Source: Planctomycetota bacterium (GTDB lineage Bacteria; Planctomycetota; SZUA-567; H5-PLA8). From it: 64,000 bases of DNA. The stretch covers positions 96,001-160,000 of the forward strand of contig JBBRPR010000008.1 of assembly GCA_038227875.1 (NCBI GenBank), given 5' to 3'. The notes below the pieces were generated by a model. The model had not been told where the DNA came from. It was given only the letters and a program-made list of their open reading frames with translations, and did no database searches. Below are positions 37,901-46,554 of the stretch, piece after piece. Both the position numbers and the translations under genes were made by a program. Every line of letters starts with the position of its first letter. Within the stretch, counting starts at the first letter, position 1.

Positions 37901-38207
37901 TGACATAACCGGGCGTGGAAATACAGTAGACGCTCACTTCCAGCGGATTGGCGTCGGTGCCGACGATCTCGTTGGACCGCTTGAGCATGGCGTGGTTGCG
38001 CGGCTCGGATTTCAGCACCGCGCCGCCGGCTTCGACACTGACCGACCCGCCGGTTTTCTCGGCGCGGTCGACGATCCAGTTGGGGTGTTTGGGATCGGTG
38101 AGCGGATCCTTCACGTCCACGCCGAACGCCGCTGGCATCCAGGCTGCGGCGGTGAAGAAAGCGAGCAGGAAATACAAACGTGTGGCGCGGAAGCGGGTCA
38201 TGTGCAT
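28983..38207 (-). CDS. Giant secreted mosaic protein (~3070 aa): jelly-roll modules, TPR, PQQ/BamB-like propellers, CBM9-like domain
   Basis: Signal peptide MTRFRATRLYFLLAFFTAAAWMPAAFG; three W-x-x-I/L-GP modules; many D/N-xx-TG-xx-W propeller blades; DLSAKIYSAW...EVKDD...YEVMVPW...INDND. Confidence 0.8.
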   Translation of the reverse strand: MHMTRFRATRLYFLLAFFTAAAWMPAAFGVDVKDPLTDPKHPNWIVDRAEKTGGSVSVEAGGAVLKSEPRNHAMLKRSNEIVGTDANPLEVSVYCISTPGYVIHPGLHLYWDNANYVSLLFSVDNHLHLRWTNKNIDSARDFYNIVPDSKKNGVYLRLTVTTRNVLVSMSMDGENWQRLGDIGGRPGKEGVAPPKILLGRGWSGEKTNKDARPDLCNDYYPDGAKDLVTSTFRNFSLRDTPYTIPGDDLKLEARDNWEQAEESLEPMGVPKNWTVLGPRPDVNYAMWGRKEGFDPDTTDDWSKPQKDENGKSLRVTQWSRPDDDKNCYVDMGEILELNTSVIAWARTEVEWPDDGPANLFFDDNGRAVVYLNNKVVFSDAGREMRGASKDKFCVPVHMNRGRNVIKVKTAQSRGDWGFFLRVDRTDPGFRIKTLEKLIELHPQEAGNWRGADALFEIARRYQQLNNFPAALAAWQKGIEKFATNDEQRVEAFAGKIRLLALLRDWDALAATGGEYLTKYGRARGSKIALDACVTGETLSGKVDAAEARVKKWVEDSGAWGEQIDWSMRLLAGAQGEAGLTDRQFATLERLADNPALTPMERATAAFESAFNRYRMEYDRVNRGEKMEPEKFTAACAAARKGLAVLPGATNPQVQAWTAEAEADLKAGRHERALAGFWGAALLSMAASDPETAPYLALTRAFTLPSVSIDPKTNKPRDLNDQVRGELWKPFGEAVGDTRQIGNGNWKAIGPFDYDPKNPPGPEKNPDLNAKHPGRGGEKAWVEMDPAKCSADGGLNIKAVIGDCRGGSGVAYTALDFEAPQAKKTFFIASARAAWVAWLDGKQIASRGEDGLNIDGYRVPIELTKGPHRILMRLAPPGDDNFIFRVRVDTEPELAIHLLRMAWIQREFPNPAYLFTNWGDASWLLNFCQYKVPPGVLRDFGESLSAVFVRPDLRWACSYLSYDYLKRTGQQAEAANAYKYLLRRIETSSSFGDQMGQIWYATNQTYDSLVNCGETAAADEVLRDFIASYPDFFAGTGSALVWRGILRQDFAQTQASRAFFERAIREYPQSSDNFRFAAPGLAYSRKYMPDRLIYSTADDAQAAVDVGSRLMKTGDPADIEKAMSKFGEMIRSNSDSLISISDSRFFPRLVGVREYVRAFISALNDDARDVYLKTVAGSSDQAFRTAARNKDVVALENVAAEYQYTPAAMQALNLAGNLYFDRGDAQQAASAFRALARQNRGSTESGISPAMLAAKTVRALLRSGQIVSARAALDTLNGEFAGQSFTVGGQSVTGAQYAKVLNGDIERVAATQQKNSDAPTETHLGNTQRRGPPAGSPAPKPGEVSWVRPLPPSASMDVARWRFVPDPFVHLQPFPAVSGGNAYITTMESMQAIELQTGRNLWQATWPSSGSLVPGRFTGFPVSCPTVSEGRVYARALLGKHSALQCIAADSGKVLWNTADIPELRNAVWINDPLIAYGLCIACYLEPADLNCHGVAALDAVTGRLRWKHALATGGTGIEVQGEYFGSTMQLGPAAADERVVYAITGLGSLAALNALTGEVIWLSGYPRAHIGNWDVGNSNSGTNVRLRTLKLLSRGPVSPIVTPDTILVAPKDAPGLIAFDRANGSVKWEDELLDAPYLAGICNGNVITVGNAIRAIQIKDGSTAWEYAPSGESIYGQPGISGEIIYLPTEDHLHLVDAKTGKVQTIYAWDPRVGPLGNLTITNTAVIGVNGRSVAAIGAVGSPKVELPVQEARVASAAGKFDAAASLYAKAEQSSDVDVSVLALNDRIRALERMGHKEEGQGDVDRVLAGKPAMLDLPSEQWRVSRDTLAEVLHARTGQPGPPPAAPPQGLQGALSFAWQLEGESAMTCFPADGPQDRFLAYTGTSIYMLRLSPKFEVLWQSYAGPGMTSIQTNATTVCVANSQQITFFDRDSGQPLWRTGVPRDRKRRTRGNATWLQNLALSEDAVAIIGGEGLFVYDIRSGKELWSNERGNRFVTALSFQGEALNIVQMYGNDQPAYFTSYDAHAGNMISSVQFKAPSREKWSIYDRISLSPDKKVLYVFPTGVDRFIGMDMTTGLNLWDSESLFMHADNSWNALGVDAPEGLIFYHGHRDNHFYSFYYDRAGKLVSKQEGLRLAVGGAPGNFVAFGDKIVARQATDDKGVLKELWKTTLAAPYADANDVRKVFLSNNRLYEFVVRANWGVPDHIVLRTFDWETGLVVAETLLPGTPIRNTENKLVRASIEQRGNMLLYAVREGFFAYSPVADTQPNSLAKLKATLSQKDLPSAQRRDARRALNEIEPSVFQLSPAPAGTRLDNENSDPVMLDTAEQYVPFTDEQSWQGPHDLSAKIYSAWSNVGIALAIEVKDDRFVPPQPGHPLESGDSIRIAFNGLTDPVMINRSENVVITMALVDGRVVINTEHEASEEEQGAVTGRITPAPDGKGARYEVMVPWQILRHDPRFRPGDRKELRLGIVINDNDGDGVKGALEFGAGLTNPSLVPAWLARVSLVDISKEKGERYRKVIAKLPGAPQSMSFLNQILSAKRGANPEKERATELEEFIKAHPDTPNTIPALRLLRHTYVRMGGPNDWNKTVEFAKSVKCPPSITDTLTGKYVSVWVLPDEKNPPKTVMLQINVKGWGWARRAYWGERRPELEWGRDATSEHFYMGPLPKPGQWTQLVMNAIDFEMNETDIQSFGVTSFGGLTHWEQGVAMCLGKETALLPEALPKDIHMDGNPIVAVDNPHHALKKSWTGNPTGGVLNSSVNAPDVWFSFKTPKPEVKVDPKAPPPKAPDNTKEQALYREMAGLVFDTGEAKDMIGHVIELSPQEKRLENAISEVEDFLTHHPETVNANAMLQELQQWYAQKGDKFSVKRCDDLIRNLKLPRNVSRVFYSQYSPTWMEWQVLGPFQATSDRRGQDQFMAPEKAVDLTWRTKAAGDIDVGWRKYSAAKDDKGNPNTGGFVDLYPPLFSKLDNDTRGKLEKGPYFGYAYARFTVPTKRKALLLFGANDIVSIWVNGRRVVNEAAPGNAKDCGAVEIPLTNGPNEILIKPGVTQGHLGFFCRIADERGRPFDDVTQ

Positions 38208-38399
38208 GGGCGGGTATTTACGTCTCCAAGTGCTGATGCGCGGCCGGCTGGCGGAACGATCACTCTCATGCATTTTTACTGTAATGGCTTGCGACGCAAC
38301 TAAATACACCTTTGCACGGCGCCCGTTGCCATTTTTTCGCGTAATCCGCGATTAAAGAGGGTATATAAGTCTCCCCACAAACCCGGATGCCAGATACAC

Positions 38400-41237
38400 A
38401 TGCATAAATTGACCACCCTTGTTTTCGGCCTCGTTTTGATCCTTGTCAGGTGTGCCGCCTATGGCGCCGAGCTCGAGGCGCCGCCGGCTGCTTTGGACGG
38501 CCTCGTCGGTACCGATGCCGTGGTGCGCATTTCCGTCGGCAAACGCGAACTCTTCAGCTTCTCGCCCGGGGCTTTTGAGAAGGGCTGGAAAGGCATCGGC
38601 GCGTCGGCGTCGAAGGACAAACCGACCGATGCCAGGCAGCATTTTACGATTCACACCTCGTCCGGTGCGGCGATCAATGGCTCATTGGAAGTAGGGACGG
38701 ATGCGCCCGGAGCGACGCAGTTCAGTTACGAATTTACGCCCAGCGCCGACGTGGAGCTCAATTCGCTTCACGTCAGCATCGACTTTCCGGCCGCGGTCCT
38801 CGCTGGCGGAAAATGGACGGCCGACGACAAGAGCGGCGACTTCCCACAGGAACTCAAAGAAGTCGCCCTGACCGCCGGCCCGGTGCAAAAACTCAGTGCC
38901 ACGTTGCCCAGTGGCGCGGTGCTCTCGTTTGCGTTCGCCGAAGCGACCCCGGTGCTCCTGCAGGACAACCGCAAGTGGGGTCCGACGTTCTGCATCCGCA
39001 TCGGGCCGCAGGGCGATGGCAAGCAGTTCAAAAAGGGCGAGGCGGTGAAGTTTGGTTTTGCCTTGAGCGTGAAACCGGGACTGAAAATGAGCATCGATAG
39101 CCCCGTGGTACTCGTGGCCGGACCCGATTGGATTCCGCTCAATCTTGATCAGGAAATCGAAGCCGGCTCGGCGCTCGACTTTTCGAAATTTGGTTTCCAG
39201 GACGCCCCGGCCGGCAAGCATGGCCGTGTGATCGCCACGGCCGACGGCCAGTTCGCGTACGAAGACAGCCCGAAAGTCGGGCAGCGCTTTTACGGGATCA
39301 ATCTCTGCTTCACCGCGCAGTTCCTCCCGCACGAGCAGTCCGATCAGCTCGCCGACCGGTTGGTGAAGCTGGGCTACAACGCCGTGCGCATCCACCATTA
39401 CGAACGCGAACTGACGACGGGCCAGGCGGTCTCGACGGCGCTGAATCCCGAGAAGCTCGATCAGCTCGACTACTTGATCGCGGCGTTCAAGAAGCGCGGC
39501 ATTTACGTCACGACCGACCTCTTTGTTTCGCGGCCGGTGAAGTGGAAGGACATTGGTATCGACAAACCTGACACGGTACCGATGGACACGTTCAAGATTC
39601 TCGTCCCGGTTGTGCCCGCCGCGTACGACAACTGGAAAGCGTTCACGAAAGCGCTGCTCGAGCACGTCAATCCGTACACAAAAGTGAGCTACGCCGAAGA
39701 GCCGTCGATTGCGTGGCTGTCGATGATCAACGAAGGCAACTTCGGCAATTTTGCGGGCGCGTTGCGTGACGTTCCGGAATGGAAAACGGCGTGGAATGCC
39801 TGGCTGGTCAAAAAATTCGCGGCGCGCGATGCATTGGCGAAGCAATGGGGCGCGGAACTGAAAGAGAACGAAGATCCGGCCGCAGGAACGGTTGCCCTGC
39901 CGGACAACATTTACGCTGGCGGCGCGCGTGTGGCGTCCAGCCTGCTCTTCTTTGGTGAACTCGACCGCGAAATGGTCGTGAAGATGAAAGCGTTCCTGCG
40001 CGACGAACTTAAGTGCAAGGCGCTGATCACCAATTCCAACGCGTGGACGCACTATCTGCCCTCGCAGATCGGGCGGCAGGAGTACGATTACGTCGACGAT
40101 CATTTCTACGTCGATCACCCCCAGTTCATCGAAAAGCCGTGGCAGCTGCCGTCGCGCTGCGACAATTCCAGCCCGATCGCATCCGGCGCGACCGGCGGCC
40201 GCAGCTGCGCTTTTACGCGCTACTACGGCAAGCCGTTCACGATCACCGAATTCAATTACTCCGCGCCCGGCCGTTACCGCGGTGTCGGCGGAATTCTGAC
40301 CGGCGCGCTGGCGTCGCTGCAAGGGTGGAGCGGAGTGTGGCGCTTCGCCTACAGCCACAACCGCGACAATCTCTTCAAGCCCTCGACGCTCGGCTACTTC
40401 GACATGGCTACCGATCCGCTCGGCCAGGCCGCCGAACGCGCGACGCTTTGTTTGTTCGTGCGCGGCGACATGAAGCCCGCGACCGAAAGCACCGAGCTGA
40501 CCATCGATACGGCCGCGTTGAACGCGCTCGATAAAATGCCCAATCTTTCTCCGAAGTGGAACTGGGCCGCGTGGGTCGAACGCGTCGGCACGCGACTGGC
40601 CGACAAAAAGCAGGATCAGGCGCTGGCCGCCAATGTCAGCGCCGGTTCGCTGCTGTCCGTGAAGCCGGGAACCACGGATATCGAAGTGCGCAAGGACGCG
40701 CCCGGCGCGGGCAAATCCGATCCGTCGAAAAACATTTTCCAGAGCCAGACCCGCGAGTTGCTCATCGATGGCGGCGCCGACACCATGGTCCTCGACACGC
40801 CGAAGACCGCCGGCGGCTTCGCTCCCGCCGGAAAGACTGTCGAGACTGCCGATCACCGCGTGGTGATTGGAATGCAGGGAGTCGAAGCCACCGTGTGGCT
40901 TAGCGCGCTCGACGACAAACCGCTGACCGAGAGCGGCCGCGTCCTGGTGACGCATCTGACGGATCTGCAAAACACGGAAATCCACTACGCGGAGAAAGCC
41001 TGCAAGACGCTGCAGGCGTGGGGCAAGCTCCCGCATCTGGTCCGCGCGGGCAAGGCTGAAGTGAAGTTCAAGCGCGCCGACGCCGCGACGCTGAAGGTCT
41101 GGGCGCTCTCCACGAGCGGCAAGCGGATCTTCGAAGTCGCCGCGAAGTCCGACGACGGCACGCTGACCTTCACCGCCGACGTCGCCGAACGCGCCGCCGA
41201 ATTCGGCGCGCACTACTGTTACGAGATCGGCCACTAA
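38400..41237 (+). CDS. Secreted putative clan GH-A glycoside hydrolase
   Basis: Signal peptide; RFYGIN, GYNAVRIHH, GIY, HVNPYT, MINEG (acid/base), DDHFY, ITEFN (nucleophile). Confidence 0.7.
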   Translation: MHKLTTLVFGLVLILVRCAAYGAELEAPPAALDGLVGTDAVVRISVGKRELFSFSPGAFEKGWKGIGASASKDKPTDARQHFTIHTSSGAAINGSLEVGTDAPGATQFSYEFTPSADVELNSLHVSIDFPAAVLAGGKWTADDKSGDFPQELKEVALTAGPVQKLSATLPSGAVLSFAFAEATPVLLQDNRKWGPTFCIRIGPQGDGKQFKKGEAVKFGFALSVKPGLKMSIDSPVVLVAGPDWIPLNLDQEIEAGSALDFSKFGFQDAPAGKHGRVIATADGQFAYEDSPKVGQRFYGINLCFTAQFLPHEQSDQLADRLVKLGYNAVRIHHYERELTTGQAVSTALNPEKLDQLDYLIAAFKKRGIYVTTDLFVSRPVKWKDIGIDKPDTVPMDTFKILVPVVPAAYDNWKAFTKALLEHVNPYTKVSYAEEPSIAWLSMINEGNFGNFAGALRDVPEWKTAWNAWLVKKFAARDALAKQWGAELKENEDPAAGTVALPDNIYAGGARVASSLLFFGELDREMVVKMKAFLRDELKCKALITNSNAWTHYLPSQIGRQEYDYVDDHFYVDHPQFIEKPWQLPSRCDNSSPIASGATGGRSCAFTRYYGKPFTITEFNYSAPGRYRGVGGILTGALASLQGWSGVWRFAYSHNRDNLFKPSTLGYFDMATDPLGQAAERATLCLFVRGDMKPATESTELTIDTAALNALDKMPNLSPKWNWAAWVERVGTRLADKKQDQALAANVSAGSLLSVKPGTTDIEVRKDAPGAGKSDPSKNIFQSQTRELLIDGGADTMVLDTPKTAGGFAPAGKTVETADHRVVIGMQGVEATVWLSALDDKPLTESGRVLVTHLTDLQNTEIHYAEKACKTLQAWGKLPHLVRAGKAEVKFKRADAATLKVWALSTSGKRIFEVAAKSDDGTLTFTADVAERAAEFGAHYCYEIGH

Positions 41238-41270
41238 TCCTCTGCCTCGAGGGAGGGGAGAAGGGAGGCG

Positions 41271-42641
41271 CTACTTCAGCGCGCCGACTTTTGACTTCGC
41301 TTGTTTCGCGGCTTCGGTGTCGGGGAATTTTTCGATCAGTTCGGTCAGGATTTCCTTGGCTTCGTCGTTGGCGCCGTTGCTGATGTAATTGTTGGCGCGC
41401 TTCAGGAGCTTCTCCGCGTCGCCGGTATTTCTGGCGGCCAGCAGGCGTGGATCTTTCTTCAGGCGTTCGGCGGCGGCAGTCGCCGGAGACTTCTGCGTGC
41501 TCTCGGCGAATTCCTTTGCCACGCGTTCGTACGCGTCGGCGGCCTGCATCCATTTGCCGGCGGTTTCAAACGCTTGCGCGTCTTTCATCGCCTGGAGCGC
41601 CTTCGCTTCCAGCGCTTCCTTGCGGCGCGTTTCAGCGATGTCTTTCGTGGCGGGATCGGCGGCGATTTTGTCGGCCAGCGCTCGCGCGTCCGTGGCGACC
41701 GAGGTGCCGGGGTATTCGCGCTCGACTTTCAGCAGGGCTTCGACGGCGTCAGGACCCTTCAACGTTTTTGCGGCGTCGAACTTCGCGGCGAACTCTTTCT
41801 TCATGCCGTCGAGCAGCGTGCCGGCTTCCGTGGCGGAAAGTCCTTTGCCGGAGGCCACGGCGCTCAGTTCCTTCTCCGCGGACGCCCAATTCTTGGCGAT
41901 GAGCTGCTTCTTGGCTTCAGCCAGACGCGCTTGGCCGATCTTGTCGGCGGTGCTGTCAAAGAGGTCGAGCATCTTCTTGCACTCTTCGGGCGTGACGGTG
42001 TGCGGAATGTCTGGGTCTTCGGTCACCAGGTTAAACTTCATCTTGGTGAGCAGGTCGACGGTTTCCTTGTAGAACGCGTGATTGGGATCCTGCTTGCCGA
42101 TCGCGAAATAAATCGCTGTGTTGGGCACGGCCTTCTCGAGGTCCTTCTTGTTCACGAAATTTTCGACGACCTGCGCGGTGCCGCCGTAGCAAGCGAACAT
42201 GTCGGGATGTTTGGAAAGGACGAGAAAGCCGATGGCGCAGCCGGCGGAATGTCCGGTCAGCAACACGCGCTTGCGATCGGCGCCATAGGTTTTGATGCAC
42301 TCTTCCACGGTCGCGGCGACGCGCACTTCGTCTTCGCCGGACCACGAATACCCCGGCCCCATCTTCGCGGAACCTTCCGGCACGGCGAGAATCGCTTCGC
42401 GGTTGCCGAGCCACGACGTCCAGCAGCGCGCGTAATTTTCAGCGGTGTCGCCAGCGCCGTGCAACGAGACGATCAGTTCGTAAGTCTTCTTCGGATCGTG
42501 ACCTTTAGGGAGCACTAAGATGTAGGAACCTTTGCCGTCGGCGAGTTCCTTCTTCTGCGGCGCGTCGTGCGCGGCGAAGGTTGAAGACATCCACGCCACT
42601 ACGCAGACCATTGCAAAGCGAGACGCGTGCGGAGTTTTCAT
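41271..42641 (-). CDS. Secreted alpha/beta hydrolase with helical/TPR C-terminus
   Basis: LHGAG, nucleophile elbow GHSAG, GKQD, H; TPR-like ...KFPDTEAAKQA. Confidence 0.8.
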   Translation of the reverse strand: MKTPHASRFAMVCVVAWMSSTFAAHDAPQKKELADGKGSYILVLPKGHDPKKTYELIVSLHGAGDTAENYARCWTSWLGNREAILAVPEGSAKMGPGYSWSGEDEVRVAATVEECIKTYGADRKRVLLTGHSAGCAIGFLVLSKHPDMFACYGGTAQVVENFVNKKDLEKAVPNTAIYFAIGKQDPNHAFYKETVDLLTKMKFNLVTEDPDIPHTVTPEECKKMLDLFDSTADKIGQARLAEAKKQLIAKNWASAEKELSAVASGKGLSATEAGTLLDGMKKEFAAKFDAAKTLKGPDAVEALLKVEREYPGTSVATDARALADKIAADPATKDIAETRRKEALEAKALQAMKDAQAFETAGKWMQAADAYERVAKEFAESTQKSPATAAAERLKKDPRLLAARNTGDAEKLLKRANNYISNGANDEAKEILTELIEKFPDTEAAKQAKSKVGALK

Positions 42642-42842
42642 ATCTGAAGTCCCGGAGCGGCCAGTTCAGGAGAGCACATGTGCCGCAGAAAAGACCCCGC
42701 CTGCCGTCGAGTGTTACGGGAAATTTTGTCGTAACGCGTTTAAATGATAGCAATATTGATTTTCACGGCTTAAGAGAATGTCGAGTGGCGGATGGATAGT
42801 ACTTTCTCTTTGTTGTGAGGCGTACTGGATAGGGGCGCAGGT

Positions 42843-43382
42843 GTGAAATATTTCACGGCGGAGATTTGGGGTGGATGGCAGAATGAGAAGACCATCAATG
42901 TTGCCAACAGGACATACGACTCCAACCTCAAGCGCTACTATCGAAGTCTTCGTACACTGGCTCCGCGACTCGGAGCAGCACCTGGGAAATTTTTTACGAA
43001 GCATTCTTTGCATGATGGACGGCTTCTGCAATTTGTCGTTTCCGACGCGCCGGAATCCATTCCAAGTCGTTCGCCCATTTTGGCCGAAACTCGTGTAAGA
43101 ATTGTCGTCTGCGTCGGATCAAAGCTGTCGAAGTTTATTTATCGACTCAACTACGGTGATGTGAAGAGCATTGAGTTGAATACAAAAAATGTACTTTTTC
43201 CGATGGAGTATTCTCGCTTCGGCGATTGGGGATATGACGAATTGCTTTCAGAAGGAAAGGCGGACTTCAGGCACAACATCCTGTTTCAAACGGGAACTGA
43301 AATATCGATTGTGTTTCGCAGGTTTGAATTCAGTCTGCAGAAAGCCACGGCCTCCGCATTGAGAAAATATTCAATACAGTGA
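42843..43382 (+). CDS. AT-rich hypothetical protein (DUF4085-like)
   Basis: GTG start MKYFTAEIW, LHD, WGYDEL, HNILF. Visibly lower GC than its neighbours. Confidence 0.6.
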   Translation: MKYFTAEIWGGWQNEKTINVANRTYDSNLKRYYRSLRTLAPRLGAAPGKFFTKHSLHDGRLLQFVVSDAPESIPSRSPILAETRVRIVVCVGSKLSKFIYRLNYGDVKSIELNTKNVLFPMEYSRFGDWGYDELLSEGKADFRHNILFQTGTEISIVFRRFEFSLQKATASALRKYSIQ

Positions 43383-43547
43383 CCGACTTCATCGTTCGAT
43401 TCCGCTCACTGGTAAATATTGAACGTTACACTTTCTGCCACACCCCCTATGAGCGAGACGGGCCCTGTGACTTTTACTCTTGCGGCTTACAAATCCGGTG
43501 TATGCCATATCAGTCAAAAACGCGTTGTCCCTAATGAAGGAGTATCC

Positions 43548-46397
43548 ATGACGTTACGCCGCATTGCTTTGATCGCCTGCGCTGCGCTGTTTGCCTTAAC
43601 TTTCACGTCGCGTGCGGCGGAGCGTAAAGAGGTCCGCGTGCTCTATGATTTTGAGGAGCCGGCGGATGCGGAAGACCTAAAGAAGGATGCGGAGAACGTC
43701 ACCTTTGACACCGTGCAGGACAATGGCGTCACGCGCGGCAAGAATTGTTGCCGCCTGGTCTTCAAGCAGGGGGCGGATTACGGCGTATTTTACATCGGCC
43801 GCGAGAAGACCAAGGACTGGGGTAACTTCGACTACTTTGTGATGGACGTGGTCATGGAGCGCGAAGGAAAGATCGGATTTTCGTTTGAGCTGTGGGACGG
43901 CCTGACCAAGGGCTATCCCACGCGCTGCACGATCGAACCGATGATTGTGAAGCAGGGCAAAAATTCCATCGTCATCCCCATCAACCGCGCCAAGCGCAAC
44001 GGCAAGGAAGGCAGGGACTGGGGTGAGCTGGAAGAGAAAGACAAGATCCAGATGAACGCGCTCACCCGCGTCAAGATTTTCCTCACGCCACCCAAAGACG
44101 GCGGCAATCTGGTCTGGTGGGTCGACAACATCCGCGTGCTTCAGGAAGACGCGCTGGGCGGCAAGATGAAGGTGGACGTGCCCGCCGGCGCCACGGCATT
44201 TCTATTCGGCCACCGCGCCGCGGCGCTGCCGGGTTTTACGGTCGCTGAAAAAGCGGGCGACGACGCGCGCGGTTTCGCCTTGAAGGGGAACTTGGAAAAT
44301 TGCGGCAAGCACTGGCCTGATCCGCTGACCGGTGAAGGCGTGTTCGATCCGGCCGGCGGCCCGATCACGTTTGAAAAGACGATGCCCGACGGCGAGTACC
44401 ACGTCTGGCTCTCCGCCGGCATGGTGATCAAGTCGGAAGTCAAGAATCCGCACTTCCTGCTGAAGATCGGCGACCAGACGATCGTCGACGAAAGTCCCTC
44501 GCCCGACGAGATCAATAGCGAGAAGTATCTCTTCCGCTTCCTGAAGACGCAGTATTCCGAACGCGAGTACGCGCTGTTCCTCGACTTTATCGACCGCATG
44601 TATCCCGTGTATGAGAAGAAGGTGAAAGTCACCGGCGGCAAGCTGACGATCCAGGCCGCCAACCATTACCTCGCGGCGTTGATCGTGCTGCCGGCGGATC
44701 AGGAAGCGGCGTTCAAGAAGATGGCCGCGGATATCCGCACCGAGCGCATCCGCACATTCTACAGCACGATCAGTCCCGATCCGCAGAAGAAGCCCGCGAA
44801 GAAGGATGGCGACGGCGATTTCCTCTGTTTCATTCCCGATGAAAAAACGTACTTCAATGCGGCGACCGGACCCAGCGACGAGGAACGCAAGCGCACGTCT
44901 TTCGATCTCGCGGCGGCGGCGGGCCAGCGCGCGATTTTTCGCCTTGGCTTCGTGCCGTTCAAGGATCTGGGGAAGTGCAAGCTTGAGATTTCCGCGCTGA
45001 AGGGGCCGGGCGAGATTCCTGCCACGGCCACGCGGATCTACTTTGAGGACTACCGCGTCCGCGGCGATTCGATGGCCGAATCAGCGCTGATGCCAACGAA
45101 TGAACTCAACGCAGAGAAAGGCGTCTCGCTCTGCTGGTATCTTTGGCTCAAAGTTCCCGACGACGCGGCGGCCGGCGACTACAGCGGCACAGTGACGGCG
45201 ACGGCCGGCGGAAAGTCGCTCAGCTTTCCCGTGAAGCTCAAAGTCTACCCGTTTAAGCTCGAGGAAATTCTGCCGTACTCGTTCGGCATGTACTACGGAC
45301 CGCCTGCCGATAAGAAAAAGCTGGCGGAGCAGATCGCCTTCATGCGCGAGATTGGCTATACCGGCATTGCCGTCGGCGGTGGAAATGTGACCGGCGTTAA
45401 CGGGAACGGCGTTGACGTCACGTTCGACTCCACCATTTACGAATTGGCCAAAGCGGCGGGTATGGGCCGGCACCCGCTCCAGTTTATGATGGGCAATTCA
45501 CTCGGCGCGGCGCGCACGATCGGGCGGCGCCTGGGTGCGAAGGTCGACCAGAATCCCGGCTCGGAATTCGCCCTGCCGGGCTTGAAGCCGGCGTATCTGG
45601 ATTACTGCCACAAGTACGCGGCCTTCATCAAGCAGCAGGGCCTGCCGGTGGCAGTGGAGATCGTCGACGAACCGCGCGAAGTCCCCAATCCGTGGAACCG
45701 CAATCTCAAAGACACGAATACCTACGGCGATTGGTTGAAAGAGGGCGGAATCTTCCCGTCGTTCGTCACGCCCATGGGCGACGGCGGCGGCGGCTTAGAC
45801 TACACCTCGCTGGCCGATCACGCCGACATCATTTCCACTCACGCCGGCAAGGGCAGCGAAAAGTTGATGACCGTGACACCCCAGAAAAAGAAAATGCTCT
45901 GGCTCTACAACACCGGCATGGACCGCCTGTCGTGGGGATTTTATAACTGGCGCGTCGGTTCCGTCGGCCGCTGGGAATGGCACTTCTGCTTCTCGGAAGG
46001 CGGGTCGAACACCGGCTACATCAACGAAGAAGAATGGTACAATCCGTTCACCTCCGGCGACGGCTTCGCGCCCCACGCACCCAACAGCTATCCCGGCGCG
46101 ATGCTCTTCAAGACGCCGTTCTTCTCCTGCGCGGAAGGCATCACCGACTCAGCGTACATCACCACGCTGGAGAAAGCGCTCGCCGCCGCCGAAGGCAATG
46201 CGGCCAAGGCCGACGCCGTCGCGAAAGCCAAGGCGTTTCTCGACGCGCTCAAGAAGACCATCCCGTTCCTCCCGGGCGTGAAGAACATCGCGTCCGAAGC
46301 CGACGGCGCGCTGGTCGGCACGGGTTTGAACGCGGAAGGTGCGGAATGCGAAGTCTGGAGGCGCAAGATCGCGGAATTTATCATGGCCCTCAAGTGA
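43548..46397 (+). CDS. Secreted putative glycoside hydrolase (CBM-like N-terminus, DUF4091/GH123-like C-terminus)
   Basis: RBS AAGGAG, signal peptide, LYDFE/DWGNFD/DNIR CBM-like region, WLKVPDDAAAGDYSG, VDEPRE, WLYN, EGITDSAY. Confidence 0.6.
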   Translation: MTLRRIALIACAALFALTFTSRAAERKEVRVLYDFEEPADAEDLKKDAENVTFDTVQDNGVTRGKNCCRLVFKQGADYGVFYIGREKTKDWGNFDYFVMDVVMEREGKIGFSFELWDGLTKGYPTRCTIEPMIVKQGKNSIVIPINRAKRNGKEGRDWGELEEKDKIQMNALTRVKIFLTPPKDGGNLVWWVDNIRVLQEDALGGKMKVDVPAGATAFLFGHRAAALPGFTVAEKAGDDARGFALKGNLENCGKHWPDPLTGEGVFDPAGGPITFEKTMPDGEYHVWLSAGMVIKSEVKNPHFLLKIGDQTIVDESPSPDEINSEKYLFRFLKTQYSEREYALFLDFIDRMYPVYEKKVKVTGGKLTIQAANHYLAALIVLPADQEAAFKKMAADIRTERIRTFYSTISPDPQKKPAKKDGDGDFLCFIPDEKTYFNAATGPSDEERKRTSFDLAAAAGQRAIFRLGFVPFKDLGKCKLEISALKGPGEIPATATRIYFEDYRVRGDSMAESALMPTNELNAEKGVSLCWYLWLKVPDDAAAGDYSGTVTATAGGKSLSFPVKLKVYPFKLEEILPYSFGMYYGPPADKKKLAEQIAFMREIGYTGIAVGGGNVTGVNGNGVDVTFDSTIYELAKAAGMGRHPLQFMMGNSLGAARTIGRRLGAKVDQNPGSEFALPGLKPAYLDYCHKYAAFIKQQGLPVAVEIVDEPREVPNPWNRNLKDTNTYGDWLKEGGIFPSFVTPMGDGGGGLDYTSLADHADIISTHAGKGSEKLMTVTPQKKKMLWLYNTGMDRLSWGFYNWRVGSVGRWEWHFCFSEGGSNTGYINEEEWYNPFTSGDGFAPHAPNSYPGAMLFKTPFFSCAEGITDSAYITTLEKALAAAEGNAAKADAVAKAKAFLDALKKTIPFLPGVKNIASEADGALVGTGLNAEGAECEVWRRKIAEFIMALK

Positions 46398-46554
46398 TCC
46401 GCGGGCGGCCTGGCGGCCTGGCGGGCGAAGGGTCAGGGGCCAGAATAGACGAGCGGTTGCTGCGACGTGGCGGGCATGGAGCAGAGAGGAACAGCAGAAC
46501 AGCAGAACAGAAAAAGCGTAAGTTTTCATTCACAACTCATCAAGGATTCGATTC

